A stretch of 61,958 bases of DNA from positions 1-61,958 of IMG/VR virus record IMGVR_UViG_3300015050_000522; one strand, written 5' to 3'. Origin of the DNA: a virus (Duplodnaviria; Caudoviricetes). The notes under the pieces are model-generated. The model did not search any database. It saw only the letters and a program-made list of their open reading frames with translations, and had not been told where the DNA came from. Made by a program: the position numbers and the translations under genes. Within the stretch, counting starts at the first letter, position 1; each line of letters starts with the position of its first letter. Below, in pieces: positions 41,268-49,419 of this stretch.

Positions 41268-41995
41268 ACTTGTTCCTCTTCTTTCCTAAATCTAAGTTTT
41301 GCTTTCTTGAACTCATCCATTACGTCGTCGTAAAACTTTGGCGTAAGCTTCTTCAATTCATCGAACACGTTGCGGTTTACTTTAAAGATTGCCATGACAT
41401 CGGCTTCAGATCCTGCGGCATCTAGCGCCATAACCGTAACATCCATAACTGTCTGACCCCACACTTCAGGGTCGTTATCTGGGTTCGTCGTAATGACCAA
41501 CTGCCAAGGAACATCTTTACCTGCAATCTTTGCTGGCAGCTTAGGTGGCATTGCTGGAGCAGGAGTAGGTGGTGGTGCTGCTGGGCGCGGTGCTAATTCA
41601 AGCGGCTTTGCTGGTGTTTTAGGCTTTGATGCTGCATTGCCGTCATCGTCCTCGGGGGCAATGCCACAAGCGGACATCAGACTGTAACGCCGTGCATAAG
41701 TCAACGCTGAACCATACCCCTGCGCGTCATGCTTGGTCGCGGGTACGTGCAGCTTGCCACTGCTCAGTTGCTCACCTGATTCGTGGATAAAAACAGTCTC
41801 AACAATAACGCCGTTATCGCATTCGTGAGTAGGCTGCATCAAGAAGATGCCGTTGTTATTGAGAGCATCAACTACCGCCTCTACGCAAGCCGACAAGTTG
41901 GCGTACTTTGAACGAAACGCTGGGTTCGTGTGAGTCTTGAGCGCTGGCCCAAATTCCTTTTGGGCTTTCACCAAAGCTGCTGATATTTTTATCAT
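41264..41995 (-). CDS. erf: ERF-family single-strand annealing protein
   Basis: NPAFRSKYANL; AQGYGSALTYARRYSL; EDDDGN. Confidence 0.93.
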   Translation of the reverse strand: MIKISAALVKAQKEFGPALKTHTNPAFRSKYANLSACVEAVVDALNNNGIFLMQPTHECDNGVIVETVFIHESGEQLSSGKLHVPATKHDAQGYGSALTYARRYSLMSACGIAPEDDDGNAASKPKTPAKPLELAPRPAAPPPTPAPAMPPKLPAKIAGKDVPWQLVITTNPDNDPEVWGQTVMDVTVMALDAAGSEADVMAIFKVNRNVFDELKKLTPKFYDDVMDEFKKAKLRFRKEEEQV

Positions 41996-42012
41996 GTGTT
42001 TCCTTTTGGTTA

Positions 42013-42360
42013 TTATTTAGAGATTGCACGCAATGATTCAGGAACAACCTCGCCCAACTTTTCATATAAGTGAACGAGATGTTTTGCAATGACTCGGCTT
42101 GAGTTTTTATCATAGCCAGAACGAGCTTCACGCATTCCAAGCTTGATGCCAAGCGCGTTTGAAGCACCATAAATATTTGCGGCAGTCACTGGAAAGCCAA
42201 GGGTCTTCTCGGCCATCTCCGCAATTTTAGGTTGCGTTAGCTTGTCTAATTGTTCTTTGTTGGTGTCAATCCAACTTGTCAGCTTGTACGATTTTGCTTT
42301 GTCCAAGTTGTTCTTTGTGTGTGAAGAAATTGGTTTACGGGTTGCAAAAGGACTTGTCAT
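42013..42360 (-). CDS. Hypothetical protein, possibly HTH
   Basis: AAGGA RBS before MTSPF; LTQPKIAEMAEKTLGFPVT. Confidence 0.6.
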   Translation of the reverse strand: MTSPFATRKPISSHTKNNLDKAKSYKLTSWIDTNKEQLDKLTQPKIAEMAEKTLGFPVTAANIYGASNALGIKLGMREARSGYDKNSSRVIAKHLVHLYEKLGEVVPESLRAISK

Positions 42361-42361
42361 T

Positions 42362-43234
42362 TCATTGTTCCTTGGTTGATAAATAGTCTTGATACTGAGA
42401 ACAAAATCCGCTGACTTGGCAAAACGATTCACATCGCGTTCGTGCGCCGGGACGGTGTTCTATGAAGTAGCCTTTTGAGGGCATTGAGATTTCGGCTTCA
42501 TCCAGCGTCTTGTGAACGCTCTTGGCACGGACTCCACCCTCTTTCTTGACAGCAAAAGATTCGGGTTTTGCCCACATCTCTTCGTCAGTGCAATCTGGCA
42601 TTTCGCCATCTGTTTCTATTTCAAACAAAGCTTCGCCATGCAGTTTGATACGTGCATGAATATAGTTTGTACGGTCTTCCATCGACCATAGAGGGATGTC
42701 AATAGTCACGATAGGTGCTTGTGGGTAACCTTCCTTTGTCGTGGCTTCACGGCGGCTCCAGTCACGCACAATGGCAATGATTTGTAGCCTCTTGACTGTT
42801 ACCTTCTTGGCGTGTTCAACCAAAAACGCATAGCTGTTTAACTGGTTGTGCCAGTCTTGCTTCTCATTCATTACCGCCCATGCGCTTGTAGTCTTGTAGT
42901 CCGACACAATGATGCCGTCTTCCTCAACTTCTTGTAGGTCAATAGCTCCACTGATACTCATGCCGTCGATGTTGGCATGGATCCGCTCTTCAACGATGTG
43001 GTTCTCTCCTTTGCCATGTTCCAGTACGCCGTGAATAGCTGTACCAAAAATAGACCAGACCATATCGGCTGCGTCTTCTTCTAAAGAATCCCAGTTCTTA
43101 CGCTTGAGTTGAACGATGCGGGGGCTGTTAAGCAGTTCAGTCACCGACATATTCGCCTTACCCTTGCTATATGTGGGGCGCTTTATCACATTCAGGATGG
43201 TCTGCGGAAGACCAAATTTGTTAGTGAGTTTCAT
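42362..43234 (-). CDS. PD-(D/E)XK exonuclease (Cas4/RecB-like)
   Basis: GTAIH; SGAIDL; SDYKTT; QLNSYA; C-terminal RCESFC. Confidence 0.85.
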   Translation of the reverse strand: MKLTNKFGLPQTILNVIKRPTYSKGKANMSVTELLNSPRIVQLKRKNWDSLEEDAADMVWSIFGTAIHGVLEHGKGENHIVEERIHANIDGMSISGAIDLQEVEEDGIIVSDYKTTSAWAVMNEKQDWHNQLNSYAFLVEHAKKVTVKRLQIIAIVRDWSRREATTKEGYPQAPIVTIDIPLWSMEDRTNYIHARIKLHGEALFEIETDGEMPDCTDEEMWAKPESFAVKKEGGVRAKSVHKTLDEAEISMPSKGYFIEHRPGARTRCESFCQVSGFCSQYQDYLSTKEQ

Positions 43235-43236
43235 AG

Positions 43237-43473
43237 TTAGTGGGCTTTCGAGCTTACGTTAGCTTGCTTGTAAAAACTAGCAAGTAGTTCAATGGCTACA
43301 GGCAAAGGCATACCAATAGATGCTGCGCCAGTGGCAAATCCAATACCCATTGCCATTACCCCCACTCCAACACCGACGCCCAATTCCTCCATGTCTCCGC
43401 AAATCATGTTGGCTACTTTCACAGCTTCATCAAGCTGCTCTTGCACTTCTATCAATGTTTTATTAGTTTCCAT
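43237..43473 (-). CDS. Hypothetical protein
   Basis: AGGAG RBS; first gene after the promoter. Confidence 0.65.
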   Translation of the reverse strand: METNKTLIEVQEQLDEAVKVANMICGDMEELGVGVGVGVMAMGIGFATGAASIGMPLPVAIELLASFYKQANVSSKAH

Positions 43474-43503
43474 TTCTTACTCCTATGTGGTTGAAGAGCC
43501 TCC

Positions 43504-43532
43504 AATGTACCTGATGACTTGCTACCTGTCAA
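43504..43532 (-). promoter_or_regulatory. Sigma70 promoter of the recombination operon
   Basis: TTGACA-17-TACATT on the minus strand. Confidence 0.75.
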
Positions 43533-43575
43533 CACTCTATGTGATATAACTGGTGAAATATTTGTAGGGGAAACC

Positions 43576-43860
43576 ATGAGAGCAGCAAGACGCGATGACA
43601 ACGAATCGGAAATTGTTAAAGCTCTTCGTGCGTGTGGTGCTAAGGTAAGAATCATCACTCAGGGCGATGGAATACCTGACTTACTAGTTTCTTACAACGG
43701 GTACACCATACTTCTTGAAGTGAAAGATGGGAATAAACCGCCATCGGCAAGAAAGCTAACTGAGGCAGAGCAAAAGTTCTTTGATGAATGGACGGGCGGG
43801 ATACTGGCTAAGGTGGAATCAGTCCAAGAAGCTCTGGACATTCTGAAGTCCTGCGGTTAA
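43576..43860 (+). CDS. VRR-NUC/resolvase-like PD-(D/E)XK nuclease
   Basis: RAARRDDNESEIV; GIPDLLV; LLEVK; LTEAEQKF. Confidence 0.82.
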   Translation: MRAARRDDNESEIVKALRACGAKVRIITQGDGIPDLLVSYNGYTILLEVKDGNKPPSARKLTEAEQKFFDEWTGGILAKVESVQEALDILKSCG

Positions 43861-43863
43861 ACT
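43835..43863 (+). promoter_or_regulatory. Candidate promoter for a small RNA
   Basis: TGGACA-17-TAAACT. Confidence 0.5.
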
Positions 43864-43869
43864 ACCCTT

Positions 43870-43936
43870 GAAGGTGTCATTTCCCTTCTCCTTGTAAAGT
43901 TGATTTGCCCCTGCCTAAAAAACAGGGGCTTTTTTT
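43870..43936 (+). ncRNA. Candidate ~65-nt anti-Shine-Dalgarno sRNA
   Basis: Promoter, then CATTTCCCTTCTCCTTGT, then terminator. Confidence 0.5.
43907..43936 (+). terminator. Intrinsic terminator
   Basis: GCCCCTG/CAGGGGC stem plus T7. Confidence 0.85.
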
Positions 43937-43938
43937 GC

Positions 43939-43967
43939 TTGACGAGTTTTGAAAGTGGTGGTACATT
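43939..43967 (+). promoter_or_regulatory. Sigma70 promoter
   Basis: TTGACG-17-TACATT. Confidence 0.75.
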
Positions 43968-43973
43968 GGAGTT

Positions 43974-44094
43974 GTTGCTGTGATGGGTGACAAAGTTAGA
44001 GGCCGTTTACACATGCGTTCCGCCTTACCTAATGCTTTCTGTGGGAGAGATATTAGGCAAGGCCATCACCGGGCGCAGTTGTAAGCGGCTTTTT
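43974..44094 (+). ncRNA. C4/CI-like antisense RNA element
   Basis: Nested stems GCCGTTTAC/GTAAGCGGC and TGCGTTC/GGGCGCA; bulged CCATCAC complementary to upstream GTGATGG. Confidence 0.55.
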
Positions 44095-44099
44095 CGTTT

Positions 44100-44530
44100 G
44101 TGCCTTTCTACGCCGACCAATGCAAGAGTCTATCGGGAAGGATCTCATACCGAGGGTAAGGAAGCTAGTAATCGCAGTGCGTCATTGCAGCGATGAAAGT
44201 GTAGTCCCCTAGGAGCAGGATCACTACAGTTCTGGCTTGTATTGAACCCCGGACAGAAGCCTCTCCGACCGGGCGCACAGGGATAGAGTGACTGTAGAGT
44301 AGCTATACCAATCCAGCCCTTCATTGAGGCGGTACACGGTGGCAAGGGTAAAGTCGCCTTCTGGCGGTGTGGTTAGAGAATGCGGCACGTTGAGCCGATA
44401 ACGCTAGAAGATAGGGTGTGACGAACAACTTTACACACCCCCTGAATGTTGCGAACGAACGAGCGACGAATCAGGTAATGCTATAGGTGGAGGCTGTGTC
44501 CTCCCCTAGGCATACCTTTGCCTGATGAAG
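44100..44530 (+). ncRNA. Candidate large structured RNA or origin region
   Basis: No credible ORF; several stems of 6-9 bp. Confidence 0.4.
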
Positions 44531-45121
44531 CTCACTTACTCACTCGGAATCAGCATGAACTTTAATGGATTGATAGTTAAGCAAACCTACCTGACTAGGT
44601 ACTGTAAGAGCAGGCTTGGTTACGCATCAAAGAACGGTGTCAAGATTAAAGATCTTGTCTGCATGGCGCTTGAGGTGGACGGTATGCAAAGGCCGATGGA
44701 TAAAACTAGCAATGAGTGGATTAAGGAATGTATTACTCACATAGTCGGGAAAAACAAAAGCGAAAAACTTCAAAGCTGTACCAAACAGAGATCTTCTGAA
44801 GTTAAGCTTCTTGCTCAAATAAAGCTATACGACAAATCTGCAAGGGTGAAAAGCGTTTTTCCAAAAGGGAATGTTGCATCCGATTCATTTTTGTCTAGCT
44901 ATGAATGGCGCAAAGTACGGATGGTGGCTTTAAAGATGTATGGGCCTAAGTGCCAATGCTGCGGGGCTACTCCTGCTGACGGCGCGGTTATGAATGTTGA
45001 CCATATCAAACCAAGAAAACTTTACCCTAGCCTTGCCCTTGATGTTAAAAATCTTCAAGTGCTTTGCCACTCCTGCAACCACGGCAAAGGCAACTGGGAT
45101 CAAACGGATTGGCGAACGTAA
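44525..45121 (+). CDS. HNH endonuclease with uncharacterised N-terminus (start may be 44555)
   Basis: EWRKVR; CQCCG; VDHIKP; NLQVLCHSCNHGK. Confidence 0.88.
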   Translation: MKLTYSLGISMNFNGLIVKQTYLTRYCKSRLGYASKNGVKIKDLVCMALEVDGMQRPMDKTSNEWIKECITHIVGKNKSEKLQSCTKQRSSEVKLLAQIKLYDKSARVKSVFPKGNVASDSFLSSYEWRKVRMVALKMYGPKCQCCGATPADGAVMNVDHIKPRKLYPSLALDVKNLQVLCHSCNHGKGNWDQTDWRT

Positions 45122-45147
45122 AAAAACCTGCTGGTTTAGGGCAGGTT
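45120..45147 (-). terminator. Terminator between convergent genes
   Basis: AACCTGC/GCAGGTT stem with a U tract on the minus strand. Confidence 0.65.
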
Positions 45148-45152
45148 GTAGT

Positions 45153-45320
45153 TCATGTGTTCTTACTCCTTAACTTGGCTTCAACTGCCCGTGTGTATTC
45201 TTCTTCCCACCCGCAGCAAGAGTTAAATCCAATTTCGTTGTCTATGAGTTTGCTGACCTCTTCGTCTGTCAGCCCAACCCATTGGCGCTTGTAGTCTTGG
45301 ACATCATCGTCTTCATCCAC
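45153..45320 (-). CDS. Small WVGLT-family protein (GTG start, 55 aa)
   Basis: RQWVGLTDEE...AVEAKLRSKNT; AAGGAG RBS. Confidence 0.65.
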   Translation of the reverse strand: MDEDDDVQDYKRQWVGLTDEEVSKLIDNEIGFNSCCGWEEEYTRAVEAKLRSKNT

Positions 45321-45540
45321 AATTTTTCTCCTTCAGTTTGGCTTCAATCTTTCTAGCTACGACTTCTTCATAGCAGCCAGCGTATTGACAAATGCTGTCA
45401 ATCTCTGTTCTGACTTCCTTGTCCGTCAGCCTCACCCATTGGCGCTGCTCTAAACGTTTATTCAAATCAATTATCTTATCGTTCGCTTCCTGTGCAAACT
45501 TGGCTAGATTCTCTTGTGTCCATTCAGCAAAATTTGTCAT
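45313..45540 (-). CDS. WVGLT-family protein
   Basis: QRQWVRLTDKE...IEAKLKEKN. Confidence 0.7.
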   Translation of the reverse strand: MTNFAEWTQENLAKFAQEANDKIIDLNKRLEQRQWVRLTDKEVRTEIDSICQYAGCYEEVVARKIEAKLKEKNCG

Positions 45541-45734
45541 CAGTCTTCCTTTTTAAGTTTTGGTAGGGGGCACCAGTGTGTCCAGAACGGGTCACCAAAG
45601 TACGTTCCGTAGTGGGCAATATTTCCAGCACCGAGTAGCTGCACCTTAACACCTCGCGGCGCTGTGTCGATGGTTTGCCAGTACACGTCGGTTGCTACGG
45701 CTACCGTGCCTGCTGAGTTGATTGTGTGTGTCAT
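45540..45734 (-). CDS. DUF551-like protein
   Basis: WQTIDTAP...THWCPLP. Confidence 0.7.
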   Translation of the reverse strand: MTHTINSAGTVAVATDVYWQTIDTAPRGVKVQLLGAGNIAHYGTYFGDPFWTHWCPLPKLKKED

Positions 45735-45738
45735 GGGT

Positions 45739-46182
45739 TTACCTTCTCCGCATCTTTATGTTGGACGGCCCCTTAACCACGTTCCAATTTGTCGCGTCGT
45801 TCCTGTTAAGGCGTTTGGTTTTATTGAACTCTACAACGGCTTTTGCTTTGTGCATCTCTTGGTATAGCTTGACTTTCTCTTGGTCTGGTAGGATGCAAGT
45901 CTCCGTAGCGGCTGTCATCTTCGACAGGCTTAACTTCTTCAGCAGCGTTGTGTCGTGCTCTGGCCCACACTTATTTAGCCAGACTGATACCCTTGGCAGG
46001 CGACTGGCTACAAACCCCCGAACCTCCGTCGCGTATTTCCCTTGCGGGGTGCGTAGTAGCGTAGAGTTGTGTGCATCAATACCTGTGATAGACCGAAATC
46101 CATGCAATACCTCGTTCATCGTCTGGAACTTACGCCAACCTCGTATCAGCAGGGCATCCCAGTATGCTTGGTTATCGGTCAT
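45739..46182 (-). CDS. Hypothetical protein
   Basis: ATGA overlap within the operon. Confidence 0.65.
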   Translation of the reverse strand: MTDNQAYWDALLIRGWRKFQTMNEVLHGFRSITGIDAHNSTLLRTPQGKYATEVRGFVASRLPRVSVWLNKCGPEHDTTLLKKLSLSKMTAATETCILPDQEKVKLYQEMHKAKAVVEFNKTKRLNRNDATNWNVVKGPSNIKMRRR

Positions 46183-46385
46183 GCTTGCCTCTCTCTCAGC
46201 ATTGCGTCTGCCACTATGTAGGCGGCTTGAATGAGGGCGGGTATGTTTGTTTCGTTGTTCGCAAGCATCCCCTGCATCGCCTTCGCCGCAAAGTAGTCGC
46301 GTAATAACATACCTTTTGAATAATTCAATTCATCCCCCACGCCGTTGTAGGGGAACGCTTGTGGGACTTTGTGGTCTTTGCTCAT
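46179..46385 (-). CDS. LRDYFA-family protein
   Basis: AFP...GMLLRDYFAAKAMQG...AYIVADAMLRER. Confidence 0.78.
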   Translation of the reverse strand: MSKDHKVPQAFPYNGVGDELNYSKGMLLRDYFAAKAMQGMLANNETNIPALIQAAYIVADAMLRERQA

Positions 46386-46472
46386 CTTCTTTCTCCTTAG
46401 TTAGGTGCTGTCTCTCCAGCAGTCACGCATTTGCCGCTTGCGTTTAGCGCACTTTCCCCGCCCCGTTGGAAA

Positions 46473-46892
46473 TCACAGGAAAAGCCTTGGGGCAGGTTGC
46501 AATCTATCTTTCAAAGCGTAGCCCATCAGCGGCCAGATTTTTTGCTCCGCGTTTTGCCGTGCAATCTTACGGCCTAATTCGGGGTCAAAGTTCTCTGGGC
46601 TGGCGCAGGCTGATTCACCAGTAACAGTGAAGCCATTACCCAAAACTAGCACGCAGAAAGTCAGCAACTCTAGTGGTTCTAAATCACTGTTGTTGGCACT
46701 AGGTTTTTCTCGGCCTACGTAAGTGTCGTTGTCCAATGCCCCGCGCCGCCCATCAGCCGCCGTGAAGTAATGCTCACTCACAATATTGGCTTGCAAGTCA
46801 GCAGGTGTTACTCGTGGTGCGGTCTTGCCTTTGGCTTGAATCTCGCGCTCAATGGCGCTGTCCGTTGTATCAGGTGAGTTAATGTGGTTCAT
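46473..46892 (-). CDS. N4 Gp49/Sf6 Gp66-family protein
   Basis: APRVTP; NGFTVTGESACASPENFD. Confidence 0.85.
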   Translation of the reverse strand: MNHINSPDTTDSAIEREIQAKGKTAPRVTPADLQANIVSEHYFTAADGRRGALDNDTYVGREKPSANNSDLEPLELLTFCVLVLGNGFTVTGESACASPENFDPELGRKIARQNAEQKIWPLMGYALKDRLQPAPRLFL

Positions 46893-46946
46893 AGGTTCTC
46901 CAAGTAGTTGCACCCTTTGCCGGGGCTGCTCGGCATCAATAAATTC

Positions 46947-47186
46947 TTATCTCCACGCACTAAATGCGTCATGGTTAGTGACCGTCGCACTGGGTTTTGT
47001 CTCAGCGCGTTTTGCAATCTTATCTGGCCTTTCTCGCTTCATCACGATAGACGCATCGGGTACTTCACGGGTGAAGAAGCCTTTACCGCAGTGACCACAG
47101 GCACGCTTGCGAATGATTGAGTCTTCCTGCTTGCGAGTCTCCAGCACAACCCCTTTGCTTTCGTTGTGACAGTGGGGACAGTTCAT
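46947..47186 (-). CDS. NrdR-like Zn-ribbon protein
   Basis: MNCPHC...VLETR...RKRACGHCGKGFFTRE. Confidence 0.72.
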   Translation of the reverse strand: MNCPHCHNESKGVVLETRKQEDSIIRKRACGHCGKGFFTREVPDASIVMKRERPDKIAKRAETKPSATVTNHDAFSAWR

Positions 47187-47521
47187 TCGTTTTTATCTTT
47201 CAGCTTGGCTTCAATGGCTCGGGCAAATGCTCGATGTGCTGCATAAATCGGCTTATCGCCGCGTGACCCCCACTGGGCGTCGGTGACAGCATCCATTTCC
47301 GCATCTGTCAGCCCTACCCATTGGCGCTGTGGTGGTGTGGTGTAGAGGGGCAAAGCCTGTTGTCCGTCAGTAATATCCGTTGGGTTATCCGTAACGTAAA
47401 CAGACATACCATCTTTTGTGTAGACCATCCATGCAACCGGAGCGTCTGTTGACTGCTCGACATCTTCGCGTTTGCATACCTTGCCGCAGAATCCACCGCA
47501 GCTTGAACATTGTTTGGTCAT
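47183..47521 (-). CDS. WVGLT-family protein
   Basis: PVAWM...PLYTTPPQRQWVGLTD...FARAIEAKLK. Confidence 0.75.
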   Translation of the reverse strand: MTKQCSSCGGFCGKVCKREDVEQSTDAPVAWMVYTKDGMSVYVTDNPTDITDGQQALPLYTTPPQRQWVGLTDAEMDAVTDAQWGSRGDKPIYAAHRAFARAIEAKLKDKNE

Positions 47522-47736
47522 GTGTTGCGCTCCTTTAGCTTGGCCTCGACTAATGCTGTCACATAACCGGCGTGGGTCGGGTCACAGCCTTTCCATATTT
47601 CGTGCCGTTCCGCATCCGTCAGCCCTACCCACGGGCGCTGTGGTGTTGTAGTTACTCCTTGCAGTTGCGGTATGTCGTAGTGGCGGCTGACGTAGACCAC
47701 CTTGTCGGGGTCGGTGGGGTGTGGTTTAACTGGCAT
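47518..47736 (-). CDS. WVGLT-family protein
   Basis: PQRPWVGLTD...VEAKLKERNT. Confidence 0.72.
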   Translation of the reverse strand: MPVKPHPTDPDKVVYVSRHYDIPQLQGVTTTPQRPWVGLTDAERHEIWKGCDPTHAGYVTALVEAKLKERNT

Positions 47737-47849
47737 TGTTCTTCTCCGGTGCTGGTTTTAGCCGCTTAAACGCTGCTTTCAGGCGCTGCTTTATAGCTTG
47801 AAGTCGCAGGCTTTCTTTTAAGGTTTTGAGGCTCATGTGTTCTTCTCCT

Positions 47850-48002
47850 TTAGTTTGGCTTCAATGGCTCGGGCAAAGTTTGTGTGATAAAGCGCACAGC
47901 AGTGTCGCCATCTTTGAGTAGCACAGTAACTGTTGCGGCTCGCAAATCACTGCCGTATATCAGCATCAGTGCTTCCATGATTCTTTGGGTTTCGTTGTTC
48001 AT
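47850..48002 (-). CDS. Hypothetical protein
   Basis: AAGGA RBS before MNNETQR. Confidence 0.55.
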   Translation of the reverse strand: MNNETQRIMEALMLIYGSDLRAATVTVLLKDGDTAVRFITQTLPEPLKPN

Positions 48003-48053
48003 TTTTTTCCTTTGTATAAAACGCCTCAAAATCAGCGCGCATTTGTTCATTGG

Positions 48054-48392
48054 TCATGGCTGGCCTTTATTGCAGTGTTCAATGACGGCTCGTGCTGCGG
48101 CTCTTTCGGGGGTATCGCTGTCAAAATACCTATCCGCTACTTTTAAAGTCCACCAATTACAAATGGAATCTGATGCACGTCTCGGAAAGCAATCAAACTT
48201 TTTCGCAATAGGCCAGATCACCTCCGGGTCTGCGTGGTTAAAAAGCTGCCAGCCTTCGTAGTCCATCGGGCCATCGCATCGGGCGCGGTTATTCAATACG
48301 TAAACAGTCTCGAGAATTAGACTTATCCACACCCTGTCCGGCGTGTACCCAATAGCTAGTGCCAACGTGTAATCAATTTCTTGGTTTGTCAT
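48054..48392 (-). CDS. NinX-like protein (divergent)
   Basis: MTNQEID..LALAIG...IWPIA...TPERAAA. Confidence 0.55.
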   Translation of the reverse strand: MTNQEIDYTLALAIGYTPDRVWISLILETVYVLNNRARCDGPMDYEGWQLFNHADPEVIWPIAKKFDCFPRRASDSICNWWTLKVADRYFDSDTPERAAARAVIEHCNKGQP

Positions 48393-48682
48393 GTCAATCC
48401 TTTTGTGTTGTAAGCGGCTTCAAGCGCATCAGCAGCGTCATCACACAAACCGACTAAGTGGGCGTTGGCTTGGCGCACTGTCATGTCAGGAATGATGTCG
48501 GTTTTGTCGCGTAGCCTGTCAATCAGCTCCGCGATGTATGGGTCTGGCTGGCTGGCTGCGGCAATGGCTGCGAGTGCGTAGGCTTTCATTTGTTCTGCGC
48601 TGTAGCTCCAGCAATCCAAGCCTGTGTCTTCGTCAAAGCAGTGCGTGTCAGGCTTGGGCAGCTCTGGCATTGGTGTTGTCAT
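48389..48682 (-). CDS. Hypothetical protein
   Basis: PELPKP...YSAEQMKAYA; ATGA overlaps. Confidence 0.68.
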   Translation of the reverse strand: MTTPMPELPKPDTHCFDEDTGLDCWSYSAEQMKAYALAAIAAASQPDPYIAELIDRLRDKTDIIPDMTVRQANAHLVGLCDDAADALEAAYNTKGLT

Positions 48683-49419
48683 ACCGCACCTCCCACACCA
48701 CGGGCTGCGTCGATGGCTTCGTTAAGGTCGTCGCCACTCCAGCCCTCTAATCCGCACCCCGTTACCTTTGCGACGGTTAGCTGTGGAATGAGACTCATGC
48801 TGTCGCAATGTTCGCGCAACCACCGATACCGCTCAGCATCTACGCTTACTGGCTCTGCTTGGGCTACAGGTTGCCGCTTAACCGAATTAATCAGTGAATC
48901 GTAATTTGCCTGCGGGTAGTCCTCCGGCGACTTAATCGCCGCCATGATCTTCGGGATGTTCAGCCACCCGCCATCGGTACGGTACGTGTTCGGGTCAAGA
49001 CGCAGCGCTTTCAGTAGTTGATCTGCTTCGTTGCTGGCTGGCTGGGGTGTGGTGATGTGCCAAGTTTGAACGTCGGGCAACGGGTCATGGTGAATACCGC
49101 GTGTGTTGAAAAACTCTTTGATGGCCTCGGCAACTGGCCCTGCTTCGTCGTGACCTGATGCTATTACTTGAGTGCTTCGCGTAGTCAGAAAACCCGCGAA
49201 GTCGTACACCGCGCCCATGCCGATTGAAAGGCGGCTGTCGCCTACAGGCTCACCCTGCACAGCTTCAAGCTCGGTGCGTAGTGCGGCTTCAAAAGCCTGC
49301 CTGCTTTCATTAACGACTGATTGACCAGACAAACCTTCGTAAAAGCTGGCAGTACTGTCCGCCATTATTTGCGCCATCGCCATCAGCCGCGCTACTTTTG
49401 CATCAATAGATTCAGTCAT
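48679..49419 (-). CDS. Mosaic hypothetical protein (Ead/Ea22-like DAERYRWLR tail)
   Basis: DAERYRWLR...LNEAIDAA. Confidence 0.7.
   Translation of the reverse strand: MTESIDAKVARLMAMAQIMADSTASFYEGLSGQSVVNESRQAFEAALRTELEAVQGEPVGDSRLSIGMGAVYDFAGFLTTRSTQVIASGHDEAGPVAEAIKEFFNTRGIHHDPLPDVQTWHITTPQPASNEADQLLKALRLDPNTYRTDGGWLNIPKIMAAIKSPEDYPQANYDSLINSVKRQPVAQAEPVSVDAERYRWLREHCDSMSLIPQLTVAKVTGCGLEGWSGDDLNEAIDAARGVGGAV

Noticed and set aside
42362-43234. Cas4-like nuclease as evidence of a CRISPR system
   Set aside because: No array or other cas genes; it sits in the ERF/SSB recombination module.
43987-44345. ORFs 43987-44196 (+) and 44145-44345 (-)
   Set aside because: Non-ATG starts, no clear SD, no protein motifs, and they overlap strong RNA structure.
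44364-44410. tRNA-like TGGTTAGAG segment and group II intron domain V-like GAGCCG
   Set aside because: There is no T-arm or cloverleaf, and no CGGTTC-type partner strand for domain V.
47737-47836. Possible programmed frameshift in a tiny ORF (MSLKTLK...)
   Set aside because: No in-phase slippery heptamer; more likely a decayed cassette.
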